A DNA stretch of 64,000 bases, from assembly GCA_963666975.2 (NCBI GenBank), contig CAXVYR010000003.1:1056001-1120000 (forward strand), read 5' to 3'. The DNA comes from Terriglobia bacterium. GTDB taxonomy: Bacteria; Acidobacteriota; Terriglobia; 2-12-FULL-54-10. A program made the position numbers and the translations under genes. Positions 39,879 through 49,927 of this stretch are shown here, piece after piece. The notes under the pieces were generated by a model. The model was not told the DNA's origin, made no database searches, and saw only the letters and a list, made by a program, of their open reading frames with translations. Every line of letters begins with the position of its first letter. The stretch's first letter is position 1.

Positions 39879-39925
39879 GAGACATAGGTTGAAGGATCAG
39901 AAGAAGCTCAAAATGGGTATTCCGG
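39858..39925 (+). mobile_element. Solo IS1380-type right end
   Basis: GCGCTTGACACGACAGGGTAGGAGACATAGGTT...GAAGCTCAAAATGGGTATTCCGG, near-identical to 43028-43097 (revcomp). Confidence 0.75.
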
Positions 39926-39984
39926 AAAATTTGTGCGACCAGGAGTTCAAAGAAGCAAGAATTCTAGAGTAAAAGGAGTTCAAC

Positions 39985-40401
39985 ATGCGTTTTCTGCTAA
40001 TGAGCATTTTGGCTGTGCTGTGCACGAACATCGCCAGGGCCGCAACGGACGTGGAGTTAGTAGACTGCCGATTCACCCCGGAGGTGAAGCGGGAGCTTCA
40101 ACTCACCTCAGAGCAGCAACCCCAAGTGGAGAAAATGATTGCCGAACTGGACCCGCTGACAAGCAAGACAATGGCGAGCCGCGTAACGAGAGACAACCTC
40201 CGAAAGGCCAATGCTCCAACGCAGGAAATCGAGGCGGCACAGAAGGAGCTGGTTGCGCTTGAACGGCAGTGCGGCGAACGCTCGCACAAACTACTGAAGC
40301 CGATCCTAACTGAAGCGCAGTTTGAGAAGATTCTGGAGATGGAAGCGGTACACGGTCACGGAATCTCTGGTCAGCACGGGGCGGAGCACTCAGGCAATTA
40401 G
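39985..40401 (+). CDS. Periplasmic Spy/CpxP-like helical protein
   Basis: AAGGAG RBS, signal peptide, ELQLTSEQQ and ILTEAQ (LTxxQ) motifs. Confidence 0.65.
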   Translation: MRFLLMSILAVLCTNIARAATDVELVDCRFTPEVKRELQLTSEQQPQVEKMIAELDPLTSKTMASRVTRDNLRKANAPTQEIEAAQKELVALERQCGERSHKLLKPILTEAQFEKILEMEAVHGHGISGQHGAEHSGN

Positions 40402-40436
40402 CTTGCGACTCAAAATTAGCCGCGCTTCTGCCATAT

Positions 40437-40514
40437 TGACCAGACCGAGCTTTTGTACCAATTCTTGTGATGTAACTCTCTCAGTTACGCTGGTACAAAA
40501 TATCGGTCTGGTCA
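40437..40514. repeat. 78-bp element with 24-bp TG...CA inverted repeats
   Basis: TGACCAGACCGAGCTTTTGTACCA ... TGGTACAAAATATCGGTCTGGTCA; one arm recurs at 2631-2654. Confidence 0.75.
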
Positions 40515-42824
40515 CTAGAAGTCGAAAGAATAAGTGAGCTTGAGCTGTACGGAGCGGTCCTTCCGGGAGTCGAATACTGGCCCGAGGCGAAGGTCTTGGT
40601 CGCGACGACCTTCATTATAGATCAGGAAGAAATCGTCCCCGGGCCGGAAGATATAGTTCAACCGAAAGTTAACCCCCCAAAAGGAACGGGCGTTGTCATA
40701 CTGGATTGCGCTGCCGCTGGAATTGACGTTGTTGTATTGGATGGTGGTGCTGGTAAGCCATTGGTTGTTGAAGTTGTAATTTACGCGGGTGTCAATGGTG
40801 TGATCGGTAAATTTTCCTTGGGGAAAGCTGGCATCACTCAGTTCATATTTGATCTCCACAGACAACTGCTCACTAAGCCGCAGGCGTGGTTCGAGGATCA
40901 AGCTGTTCAAACGATCCCCTCCGAAAAAGCCGTAATGATAACGCCAAAAGACGACACCCGAGAGTTTTCTCGCTGGGTTGGCCATATAACGGATCCCGTT
41001 ATACCACCAACTGTAAGTCCCCGGAGGAATGAATACATCCGGCCGGATCTCGAAGGGTTCCCTCAGCCGTTCGAGGCGCGAATGCGGCGAAAAGAGAATG
41101 ACATCGCCGCTCTGAAAGCGGATCTCAAACGTATGATGGTTGACTCTCGTCTCGAGCTCATTCCTCTGGTTCATCGTATAGTCGGAGCGGAACCGGAACT
41201 GAAACTGGCGAATCAGACTGCTGCTGGGCCGAGGCTTAATCGCGATTTGCGGCGAAAATTGGCGTATATTCTTGCGGGGAACGAATCCCACATCGTCTCG
41301 GAAATTCGGATCCACAACGAGCCAGGTAGTTCCCAAGCGCAGGAAGTCGCTGTCCCAATCTATCGTACCGTTGCTCACCCAATTGTCACCCTTTACCCCC
41401 GGTGAGCTGGATTTCCCCAGCAAGCCTCCGATCGTGAGATGCTGGAGAAAGACAAAGTTGGCGTCCATGCCGTAAACCCGGTTGAAATCGCTGCTCCCTC
41501 CTTTCTCGCGGTTGATGAGGAATCCCCCTACCGTAGACCGCGACAACACATCCCGTTTCACGCGCATCACCCCGTAGTTGCTAGCGGGAACGCCTTCCGA
41601 CGGCAGAGCCTCGGTCTGGACATTCAACAGGCCCAGCGTGAGCCCTTGGAGCTTCCCAGTGATGCGGCCTCCAGCAACGATGGGTACAGGTTGTCCTCCG
41701 GCAAGGCCGATCCGGCGGCTGTGGAATAGCTTCATGATCGCCCGGTTTGACTGCTCACCCGTGGCAACACCAAACTCGTAGACGCCCGCCCCTTCCAAGA
41801 AGAACTCCCGTTTTTCGGGAAAAAAAAGCGAGAAGCGGTCCAGGTTCACCTGCTGATCATCGACTTCAGTCTGGGCAAAGTCGGTCCGCCAGGTCATGTC
41901 CGCCGTGAGGCCCGGCGTGATCCGATATTTCAAAACTTCCATCCCGATGTCGGAAGTGTTGCGCAGCGTGCTCCGGGACCGGTCGGACGTTTGTCGAAAT
42001 CCCGCCACCGAAAACGGCTTCACCCGCAACCGCAGCCCTGTTTCGATGTTCTCCAGCCCCTCCAGATGTCCTGCCTGGGAGACGTTTTCCAGATCGAAGC
42101 CGCGCCGGAAACCGTTCCAATACGCAAACTCATTCTTCCGCCGAATGACCCGTTCCAGGTCTAATCCCCAGCCCTGCCCATCTTTCTCGCTCACTCGCAG
42201 GCTCTTGAAGGGAATGGCGAATTCCGCTGTCCACCCCGCCGGGCTCACCTGAGAAGCTACATCCCACTTTTCGTCCCAGTTTTCGTTCACATCGTTCCCT
42301 TCGTCGGTAATCATGGCGTCATATTGGGTGCCCAGTGGATTCGTGCGGAACAGGAAAGCATTGCGGTGGTCGTGAAAGGTATCGAGCACGAGGGTGATGG
42401 TGTCGTCGTTTACCAGATTGTTGTCCCGCCGCCGCTCGGTAGCCAGTATTCCGTCGGCGCCGGCGTCATAGCAGATGACCCCAACGTATAAGGTCGTGGC
42501 CGTGTAGAGGACGCGGAACTCCGTCCTTTCCGTGGAGGCTTCACCCTCCTGCGGATCTTTCTGAACGAATCCCAGGGAGACCTGAGCTTGCTGCCATGCC
42601 GGCTCGTCGAGGCTCCCGTCCACATCCACCGGCAGTTCGATCTGAATCGCAGTGATGGTTCTTTTGCCGTGGGCCCCGGCTGCAATCTGGAGACCGCTCT
42701 GGGCGTGACTGGGAAATGCAGCGAGTGCGGAAAGCAGCGTAAGGATAAACAGAAGAAGCCATCGATGCAGGCTGGTGTTTCGCGCTGACAGAGCCTCATT
42801 CTTTTCAAACACCATTGGCTGCAA
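40515..42824 (-). CDS. CBM9-like + DUF5916 outer-membrane protein
   Basis: VDGSLDEPAW, DTFHDHRNAFLFRTNPLG, WTAEFAIPFKSLR, DFAQTEVD, FFPEKREFFLEG, C-terminal Phe. Confidence 0.85.
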   Translation of the reverse strand: MQPMVFEKNEALSARNTSLHRWLLLFILTLLSALAAFPSHAQSGLQIAAGAHGKRTITAIQIELPVDVDGSLDEPAWQQAQVSLGFVQKDPQEGEASTERTEFRVLYTATTLYVGVICYDAGADGILATERRRDNNLVNDDTITLVLDTFHDHRNAFLFRTNPLGTQYDAMITDEGNDVNENWDEKWDVASQVSPAGWTAEFAIPFKSLRVSEKDGQGWGLDLERVIRRKNEFAYWNGFRRGFDLENVSQAGHLEGLENIETGLRLRVKPFSVAGFRQTSDRSRSTLRNTSDIGMEVLKYRITPGLTADMTWRTDFAQTEVDDQQVNLDRFSLFFPEKREFFLEGAGVYEFGVATGEQSNRAIMKLFHSRRIGLAGGQPVPIVAGGRITGKLQGLTLGLLNVQTEALPSEGVPASNYGVMRVKRDVLSRSTVGGFLINREKGGSSDFNRVYGMDANFVFLQHLTIGGLLGKSSSPGVKGDNWVSNGTIDWDSDFLRLGTTWLVVDPNFRDDVGFVPRKNIRQFSPQIAIKPRPSSSLIRQFQFRFRSDYTMNQRNELETRVNHHTFEIRFQSGDVILFSPHSRLERLREPFEIRPDVFIPPGTYSWWYNGIRYMANPARKLSGVVFWRYHYGFFGGDRLNSLILEPRLRLSEQLSVEIKYELSDASFPQGKFTDHTIDTRVNYNFNNQWLTSTTIQYNNVNSSGSAIQYDNARSFWGVNFRLNYIFRPGDDFFLIYNEGRRDQDLRLGPVFDSRKDRSVQLKLTYSFDF

Positions 42825-43027
42825 GGTGGTTTTTTTAGTCTGATAAATGGTTATGTCCCCCCCTCGCCATCCCGGACGAAGTGGAGCATCCTAGTCCGAA
42901 TTGCCGTTTTCAAGTCTGCCTTCCGTAGATCATACACCAGCCACCCTCTTATATCCAGTTCAGATTGTTATGGAGGTGGCATCGCAACTCTTTTTGGCCG
43001 TTCCGCTGCCTTGTCCGGTCTGTTTCC

Positions 43028-43563
43028 CCGGAATATCCATTTTGAGCTTCCTCTGACCCGAAAACCTATGCCTCCTGCCCTGTCGTGTCAAGCGCATATC
43101 GCCCTGGCCTCTTTGGGGTGATAGTGCGGCTCCTCTCTCCCAGATGTTCTCCGAACCGATCAGCCGGAAGGTCGGATTTTGGGAGACACGCTTGGCGTCA
43201 TTCATGTCTTCATATTCCGCATATTCCGCCAACCGGCTGTAAACCGATTGCCGGGTCAAGTCGGCTAGAGCGAACTTTGTGTTCTTGCCCCGCGAGTCGG
43301 TCAAGCGCTGCTTGATGAGTTCACCGAAGCCCAAATGTTCGTCCAGCTCCCGCACAAGAATCAAGCCGCCGCCGGAGGTGACCCGCGGTCCTTGAAAATC
43401 GACACGCAAAAACCTGTGGAACGTGGATTGAAAAGACTGATTTTGGTTGTCACCCACTGGGCGTCTGACTCCTGGTGGCTGTATTGACGCTGGAACCAGC
43501 ATGAATATTGGCGTCGGAGTTTAGTATCAGGTTTACTTCGGAATTTTAGAATGGAAATCCAGG
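43028..43563 (-). mobile_element. Internally deleted IS1380 with both ends and a transposase N-terminal remnant
   Basis: Left end CCTGGATTTCCATTCTAAAATTCCG, RVTSGGGLILVRELDEHLG fragment, right end GAAGCTCAAAATGGATATTCCGG. Confidence 0.85.
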
Positions 43564-45117
43564 TTAAAAGTGAGCGTACTCCGGCTGCGCCCGTAAGATG
43601 TTCTTTTGCACCTTTCCCATCACATTGCGAGGCAGCTCGTTCAGGAAGAAGACGCGTTTGGGAACTTTATAATTGGCCAGCACTTCTTTGAGGTTCGCCA
43701 GAATGCCAGCTTCGGTCAGCCCCTTCCCGCCCTCTGCCCGTACCACCAGGGCAACCACCGCCTCGCCGAAATCCGGATGGGGCACCCCAATGACCGCTGA
43801 CTCGGCAATGCCGTCCAGCTGGTCCATGGCAGCTTCAATTTCTTTCGGGTAGACATTCAAGCCGCCGGTGATGACCAGGTCTTTGGCACGGCCCCCAACG
43901 GAGAAATATCCGTTCGGGCCGAGCTTGCCGAGGTCGCCGGTCTTCAAATACCCGTCGGCGGTGAATGCCTCGGCAGTCTCGGAGGGCTTTCGCCAGTACC
44001 CGGCTACCACATGATCGCCTTTCACCTGGATTTCACCAACCTCGCCTAGAGGCACTGTCTGGCCGGCATCATCCACGATGCGAACCAAAACACCTGGGAG
44101 CGGCTTTCCCACGGTGCCCGCGATGCGCGGCCCCTCCACGGGGTTAGAGGCGTTTATCCCCGTCTCCGTCATGCCGTATCGCTCCAGGATGGCATGGCCT
44201 GTGCGCTCTTGAAACGCTGAGAAGGTTTGCGCCAACAGGGGAGCCGAGCCGGAGATGAACAACCGGATATTGCTGCAAACATCCTTTCCAAAGCCAGGCT
44301 CATCGAGCAACCGCGCGTAGTAGGTAGGCACACCCATGAAAATGGTCGCACGGTGCAAAAGGCTGACAACAGTCTGTGCATCGAACTTGCTCAGGAAAAT
44401 CATCTTGGCGCCGCTCAGCAGGGCGCAGTGGCAGGCCACGAAAAGGCCATGGACGTGATAGATCGGCAGGGTATGCAGCAAAACATCTTGGGGAGTCCAT
44501 CGCCAGCAATCCTGCAACGCCAAACCATTCGCGGCCAGGTTGCGGTGGCTGATCATGGCTCCTTTGGGACGGCCGGTGGTCCCTGAGGTGTAGAGAATAG
44601 CGGCCAAGTCTTTTCCCTCACAGGGTACTGTGGAGAAGCCGGGCTGAGACCGTCTGCTCTGTTCCACAAAACTTCCGCCACCATCCCCGTCTGTTTCCCC
44701 GGCCAGTGTCTCCACCCGTTCAACGCCCAATTCCTTCATCATGCCCAATAGCTCGGGACCACAAATCACTGCGCTCGGTTCCGCATCGGACAGGACATAC
44801 TGCACTTCGTTTTTGCGATAGGCAGGATTGAGCGGTAAATAGATCAGGCCCGCGCGAAAACAAGCGAGGCTGAGAAACACCGCTTGCGGTGACTTCTCCA
44901 CCTGGACCAAAACACGGTCGCCTTTGGCGAGTCCCAGACCGGCAAGAACCGCGGCATATCGGGCGGTTTCCTGTTCGATATCCTCATAGGTATAAGCTCT
45001 TCCCTGCCCGGTCTCCAGGAAGACCTGAGAAAGGTCTGAAGGAAAGCGTCCACGGAACAGCGCGTACAGGTTATTGCTTCCTACTTCGTCTTTTGTGAGG
45101 CTGCGGTTTGACATCAC
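43564..45117 (-). CDS. matB: Malonyl-CoA synthetase-like acyl-CoA ligase
   Basis: VQVEKSP, YTSGTTGRPKG, LPIYHVHGLFV, SGSAPLL, ILERYGMTET, GRAKDLVITGG, MGKVQKN. Confidence 0.82.
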   Translation of the reverse strand: MMSNRSLTKDEVGSNNLYALFRGRFPSDLSQVFLETGQGRAYTYEDIEQETARYAAVLAGLGLAKGDRVLVQVEKSPQAVFLSLACFRAGLIYLPLNPAYRKNEVQYVLSDAEPSAVICGPELLGMMKELGVERVETLAGETDGDGGGSFVEQSRRSQPGFSTVPCEGKDLAAILYTSGTTGRPKGAMISHRNLAANGLALQDCWRWTPQDVLLHTLPIYHVHGLFVACHCALLSGAKMIFLSKFDAQTVVSLLHRATIFMGVPTYYARLLDEPGFGKDVCSNIRLFISGSAPLLAQTFSAFQERTGHAILERYGMTETGINASNPVEGPRIAGTVGKPLPGVLVRIVDDAGQTVPLGEVGEIQVKGDHVVAGYWRKPSETAEAFTADGYLKTGDLGKLGPNGYFSVGGRAKDLVITGGLNVYPKEIEAAMDQLDGIAESAVIGVPHPDFGEAVVALVVRAEGGKGLTEAGILANLKEVLANYKVPKRVFFLNELPRNVMGKVQKNILRAQPEYAHF

Positions 45118-45329
45118 TCGATTGACATCACTCAGCGGTCCGGCTATATATTGCAGAAACTTGCAGATTTTTGATTATAGGCGATCATCCTGTTCTCAGA
45201 CCAACGAAAGATCGTCGCTTCTTCCCGGAGAGATTCCGAACCTATGACGCAACTGTTGTGCGCAAAAGAGTGTTCTCTGCTATCCTGTCCGGCGGCGGTG
45301 GACGGAAAATTTCAGGTGATGAATCGATG

Positions 45330-45733
45330 AGAACAACCTTACCCGCAACGTTTTCGCCAGCGCCCCCGAACGCACCCACTGCTGAAAGCGGCGATGGCAG
45401 GTCTGGTACGGAGGATACTTCTTCGGCAACTCCCGCCACTGTGCCCCCGTGCCCAAAATCCACAATGCCCCCTTCAACACCGCGCGCGGGTCCTTTGCTG
45501 GTCTCCCTTTTCCATCGGGCCGCCGCTTCGACCGCAGGATCGGTTCCAGCAAAGCTCCCAGCGTCCTTGCATGGCTTTGCCCACTGCTCGTCGCTGATTT
45601 CCCAGCGTCCTTGCATGGCTTTGGTTTGGCGTCAAATCGCCAGAGCACCTTCAGTTTCCCTTAACTCCTCTGCCCTGGAACCCTCTTTGTTTTGTTCCTG
45701 TTGCGAAAGAACCATTTTTGAGACTAGCTCTAG
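45330..45733 (-). pseudogene. IS5-family transposase N-terminal remnant with left end
   Basis: ISDEQW...GRP...WILGTGAQWRELPKKYPPYQTCHRRFQQW; a 24-bp duplication (45556-45579, 45600-45623) breaks the frame; IR-like GAGCTAGTCTCAAAA near 45730. Confidence 0.75.
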
Positions 45734-45930
45734 TTCCAGCCAGCCGCTTTGTTTCCGGATGGAAAGGGTTACAGCAAAAGATTCACACCATTGGCTTAGA
45801 GTTGCGGTTGTTAATAGCGAGTTGTAGCTATTCCGGCGAGGTGGCAGCTCAATGGACCTGCCTCCCTATCGGCCATGTTGCCTCCTCAGTCGGACACCAA
45901 ATTGTTTTGGCTTCGGTACCCGGCTGGGTG

Positions 45931-47184
45931 TCACAGATCCCCTGTTGCGTGGCGGAGCATAGTCCTCTTCACTAGTTTCTTCAAGGTGAGCCCCTGCACC
46001 ACAATCGAGAAAATTACAACGGCGTAGGTGATGGCCAGAATCACGTCGCGCTCTGGACCCGGCGGAATGGAAAGCGCCAGAGCAACGGAGATGCCTCCCC
46101 GCAGGCCGCCCCAGGTCATGATGCGAACCACGCCAGGACTGAACGGCCGAAAAGAGCGCAGCAGGGTGATCGGAATCCCGACGGCTACGAAGCGGGCAAA
46201 GAGCACCAAGGGAATGATGAGCAGGCTCGCCAGCAGATAGTCCCGCGTAAAGGTGAGCACCAGCACCTCCAGACCGATCAGCACGAACAGCACGGCGTTG
46301 AGCACCTCGTCCACCAGCTCCCAGAAGACATCCAGATGATGGCGCGTTGCCTCCGACATACCGAACAGCCTGCCGTGGTTTCCGATGAAAAGACCCGCCA
46401 CCACAATGGCAATCGGCCCGGAGAGGTGGAGCGCGCCAGCCAGCCCGTAGCCGCCCGCCACCAGGGCGAGTGTCAGGAGCACTTCCACCTGGTAGTTATC
46501 CACGCTCTGGAGCATCCGGTAGGTCAGGTAGCCAAGCCCCAGCCCGAACAGAAGCCCTCCGATTGCCTCCTGCACAAACAGCATCCCGATATGACTTGCG
46601 CTGACCTCGTGGGTCCCGGTGGCCACCTCCAGGAAGACCAGAAACAGCACGATGCCTACCCCGTCATTGAATAAAGATTCTCCCGTGATTTTCGTCTCCA
46701 GACTTTTAGGCGCTTTGGCGGTCTTCAGAATTCCGAGCACGGCTATCGGATCGGTCGGCGAGATGAGCGACCCGAACAGCAGGCAGTAAATGAAAGAAAG
46801 CTCAATCCCAACCCATCCGAGCACCCACCATGCCAGCATGCCGACCAGCAACGACGACAGAAGCGTGCCGACCGTAGCCAGCGTACCGATTGTCCACTTA
46901 CGCTCCGCGAGATCATTGATGTCGATGTGAAGCGCCCCGGCAAACAAAAGGAAGCTGAGCATTCCATGGAGCAAGGTCTTGTCGAAGTCGATGCTCGCGA
47001 GCCAAGCCGCCGCCTGCTGTTCCACTCCGAACCCGAACCACCCCAGCAGGTTGAGTATCAATGACATGGCGAGCGCGATGAGCATCACGCCGATGGTGAC
47101 CGGAAGGCCGATGTAGCGGTGGTTGATGTAGCTGAAAACGGCGGCAAGCGTGATCAGAATCGCGACAATATTAGACAGGTCCAT
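45931..47184 (-). CDS. CPA1 Na+/H+ antiporter (NhaP-like)
   Basis: LLFAGALH, ISPTDPIAV, GESLFNDG, WGGLRGGISVALAL. Confidence 0.92.
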   Translation of the reverse strand: MDLSNIVAILITLAAVFSYINHRYIGLPVTIGVMLIALAMSLILNLLGWFGFGVEQQAAAWLASIDFDKTLLHGMLSFLLFAGALHIDINDLAERKWTIGTLATVGTLLSSLLVGMLAWWVLGWVGIELSFIYCLLFGSLISPTDPIAVLGILKTAKAPKSLETKITGESLFNDGVGIVLFLVFLEVATGTHEVSASHIGMLFVQEAIGGLLFGLGLGYLTYRMLQSVDNYQVEVLLTLALVAGGYGLAGALHLSGPIAIVVAGLFIGNHGRLFGMSEATRHHLDVFWELVDEVLNAVLFVLIGLEVLVLTFTRDYLLASLLIIPLVLFARFVAVGIPITLLRSFRPFSPGVVRIMTWGGLRGGISVALALSIPPGPERDVILAITYAVVIFSIVVQGLTLKKLVKRTMLRHATGDL

Positions 47185-47694
47185 GGGATACCCTAAATCT
47201 TCAGCACGACCATTTATCTCCAATCGGCGGCGGCGAGAATCCTCCGGCACGTGCAATAATTTCCCAACTGGCAGAGGGCAAGGCTCGAGGGCCGGAAGCG
47301 CACCGGACTCAGGACATCATCGGTTTGCCCAAAGCCGACAGTGATGTGAGGCGAGAAGCGCGTAAAGCTCGATTGGGCCGGAAAGTTCTCCACCCAGGAA
47401 ATTGCCGCCTTGTCTATCGTTGTATTGGCTGTCGCGTCTGCCGCCCCATCTGCCGTCGCATCTGGCAGGGACGAGAAAAACATCTCCGGGCTCGCTGTGT
47501 AACTAAAGTACCGCGACAGACTGCTCATGACCGCTTCGTGAAGCCGCTGCAGCTCCGCCGTTCTTTCTATCTCAATGCTCAAAACGGTTCTGCCCGCCGG
47601 ACTCGCCACAGCATGCAGAGCAGTAGCTGTAAGATCGAGTCCGGGGAACTGCTGTGCCAATTCGCACAGAACAGTACGAATAAGAGGAATATCT

Positions 47695-49143
47695 GAAGGT
47701 GTCCCAAACTCAGTTGCAGGTTGGGACGGCGGGTTGAGTTCATATTACGCCACTTCCTCCTTGTGAGAGGAAGCAGCGTTTGGACTTCGGCCGAGAATCG
47801 ATGCCAAAGCCCAGAGATCGTGATAACCCATGATCTTCCGGAAATTCTTCTCGGTCAGCAGAAACGCTCCTGCCACCCAGCGCAACGTCATCTCGCCGTC
47901 GCGCCAGCGGCAAACATTGCCAGTCTTTTTCCGCACGCCCGACTGCGGGCTCTCGATGAGGTTCGTGGTTGCCAGGCAGCGGTGGAGGCTGGGAGGAACG
48001 TCGGCTCGATTGATCGTAAAGGTCTCCTCCAACCCTTCGCGCAAGCTGGCGGCTGCTGCCGGATGATCGCACTCGATCATCCCAGCGAGCTTTTTTATGC
48101 GCACGATGCCTTCCTCGGCTTGGGGCAATCGCCAGGCGGCGCGCATCAGCGACCGCACCTGATTCGCCAGCATTTTGTCGCCCTTTGGTAACCGCTCAGC
48201 CACGTTGCGCAGCTTATGAGTACGGCAACGCTGCACCAGCTGATTGCTGCCGAATACTTCCTCGATCCCCGCGCGGAGCGCTTTGGCGCCGTCGATCACA
48301 AACAGATAGCGCTGATCCGTGCGCAAACCTTGCTGGCGCAGGCGGGTGAGAAGGTCTTTCACCGCAGCGGCGTTTTCGGTCGCGCCCAGTTGAATCCCCA
48401 GCACATGCTTGCGGCCCTCGCTGTCCACGCCCACGGCGCTGATGACGTGGTGGGAGCCGAACCGCATTCCGTCCAGGTAAATCACCAGAATCTCGACCTC
48501 CTCCCAGCGCCGCGCCAACAGTTCTTCCAGCCGCCGCGCTCCTTGCTCGGCCTCTTCCCGGCTCACCTGAGACTTCGACACCCCAGCGCTGTTGGCCATC
48601 TCCGGGATCACCTCGCGGTAGTTCCGCGTCGAAACCCCTTTCAACAGTGCCTCGAACATCTCCTCGCCCGTCTTCTCGCTTTTCCGCAGTGCTTCGTAGG
48701 CCGGCACCGCTTCTTCCCCTCCGCCCTTCCGGCGCAGCCGGGGCCGCTCCACCCGCAGCTGGCGATCGGCCAGTTTCACCCTCCCCAATTGCCGGCCATG
48801 CCAGCGCACCTCTCCGCTCGCCTTCCCGGGACTCTTTGGCCCCGCGATTTGCTCTGCGCTCATGCTCAGAATCGTTTCAATCAAACCTCGCCCGGCCCGA
48901 TCAATCACCTCATCCACCGCCAGACGCGCCTCCGTGATCAGATCCACCACCGGCAACAGCATCTGTCCGTTGGTTTGGCAAAACTTCTGGATGGTTTCTT
49001 CGGCTCCCTTGGAACCCAGTTCCAAAACGTGATATTTTCCCTTCATTCGGCGGTTCTCCTTCTATAGGATTTAGGCTTGGCCCGATTCTATTCGATTCGG
49101 GCCGAACCGCCGTTCAACCTTCAACTATGTATGGGACACCCTC
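47695..49143 (-). mobile_element. IS256-family insertion sequence, complete
   Basis: IRs GAAGGTGTCCCAAACTCAGTTGCAGGTTG / GAGGGTGTCCCATACATAGTTGAAGGTTG; 8-bp TSD GAATATCT (47687-47694, 49144-49151). Confidence 0.93.
47745..49046 (-). CDS. IS256-family (Mutator-like) transposase
   Basis: GVSTR, YLDG, IDGAKAL, QRCRTHKLRN, TTNLIES. Confidence 0.93.
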   Translation of the reverse strand: MKGKYHVLELGSKGAEETIQKFCQTNGQMLLPVVDLITEARLAVDEVIDRAGRGLIETILSMSAEQIAGPKSPGKASGEVRWHGRQLGRVKLADRQLRVERPRLRRKGGGEEAVPAYEALRKSEKTGEEMFEALLKGVSTRNYREVIPEMANSAGVSKSQVSREEAEQGARRLEELLARRWEEVEILVIYLDGMRFGSHHVISAVGVDSEGRKHVLGIQLGATENAAAVKDLLTRLRQQGLRTDQRYLFVIDGAKALRAGIEEVFGSNQLVQRCRTHKLRNVAERLPKGDKMLANQVRSLMRAAWRLPQAEEGIVRIKKLAGMIECDHPAAAASLREGLEETFTINRADVPPSLHRCLATTNLIESPQSGVRKKTGNVCRWRDGEMTLRWVAGAFLLTEKNFRKIMGYHDLWALASILGRSPNAASSHKEEVA

Positions 49144-49385
49144 GAATATCTTCCTCCTCAATACAACCCATAGCCAAAGAAATGTGAGGCAGGCAGTCCT
49201 GCTTATTTAGGATCATTCCTTGACCGTGGTGTCCGGGTAAGCGGCGATTGAGAGCAATCACCTGGTCCATCATCGCTTCTGAGGGCAGCAGGACAACATC
49301 CACTGCAAGCTTCGCCATGAGGATGTGATTGTCTCACAAATAACTGCGGCCCGAATAGTCATGCGGAAGCGGGAACCGATTGCGC

Positions 49386-49748
49386 CTACGGTGGGAAGGC
49401 CTGGTCGATCTTTGAGGCGTCGATCTCTGCGGCGTCAATCTTCGCGGCCAAGATAAAATCGCTTTCCGTTAAACCATCAATTTTGTGGGTCCAGATCGTG
49501 ACTTCCACTTTTCCCCACGCGAGCAGGATATCCGGATGGTGCCCCTGTTGTTCGGCCAGTTCTCCTACGCGATTCACAAAACTCAAGGCTTGACGAAAGT
49601 CGGGAAACGGGAACGTTTTCGTGATGTGATGCTGTTCTATCACGCTCCATCCAGGCACCTGTTTCTGCAAAGAGGCAAGTTCTTCGCCCTGCAAGGGCGG
49701 GACCCCTCCGCGGCACGGGACGCAGGTTTTGTTCGCCAACTCCGACAT
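49386..49748 (-). CDS. Pterin-4-alpha-carbinolamine dehydratase
   Basis: CVPCRGG, AEQQGHHPDI, WTHKIDGLTESDFILAAKID. Confidence 0.9.
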   Translation of the reverse strand: MSELANKTCVPCRGGVPPLQGEELASLQKQVPGWSVIEQHHITKTFPFPDFRQALSFVNRVGELAEQQGHHPDILLAWGKVEVTIWTHKIDGLTESDFILAAKIDAAEIDASKIDQAFPP

Positions 49749-49927
49749 TGTTTCTATTGTACCAGCGCCGTGCGCCATTCCTACATGCCAACTGCGCGAA
49801 TCATCGAATAGGTTCAATGGTAGGATAGTAACTCTTCTCCGATTGCAGTAAGCGGCGAAATCTGGAGAGGCGGGATGGGACATATTCCCCGCTGGCCGGC
49901 TCTTCGCCCCATCGGACACCGAACATC

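Larger units (their letters stand above)
47214..49318 (-). pseudogene. 2H phosphoesterase (2'-5' RNA ligase family) gene split by IS256
   Basis: N-part with PHISL (49144-49318), C-part with PHITV (47214-47694); removing the IS and one TSD gives in-frame EEEDIPLIRTVL. Confidence 0.85.
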
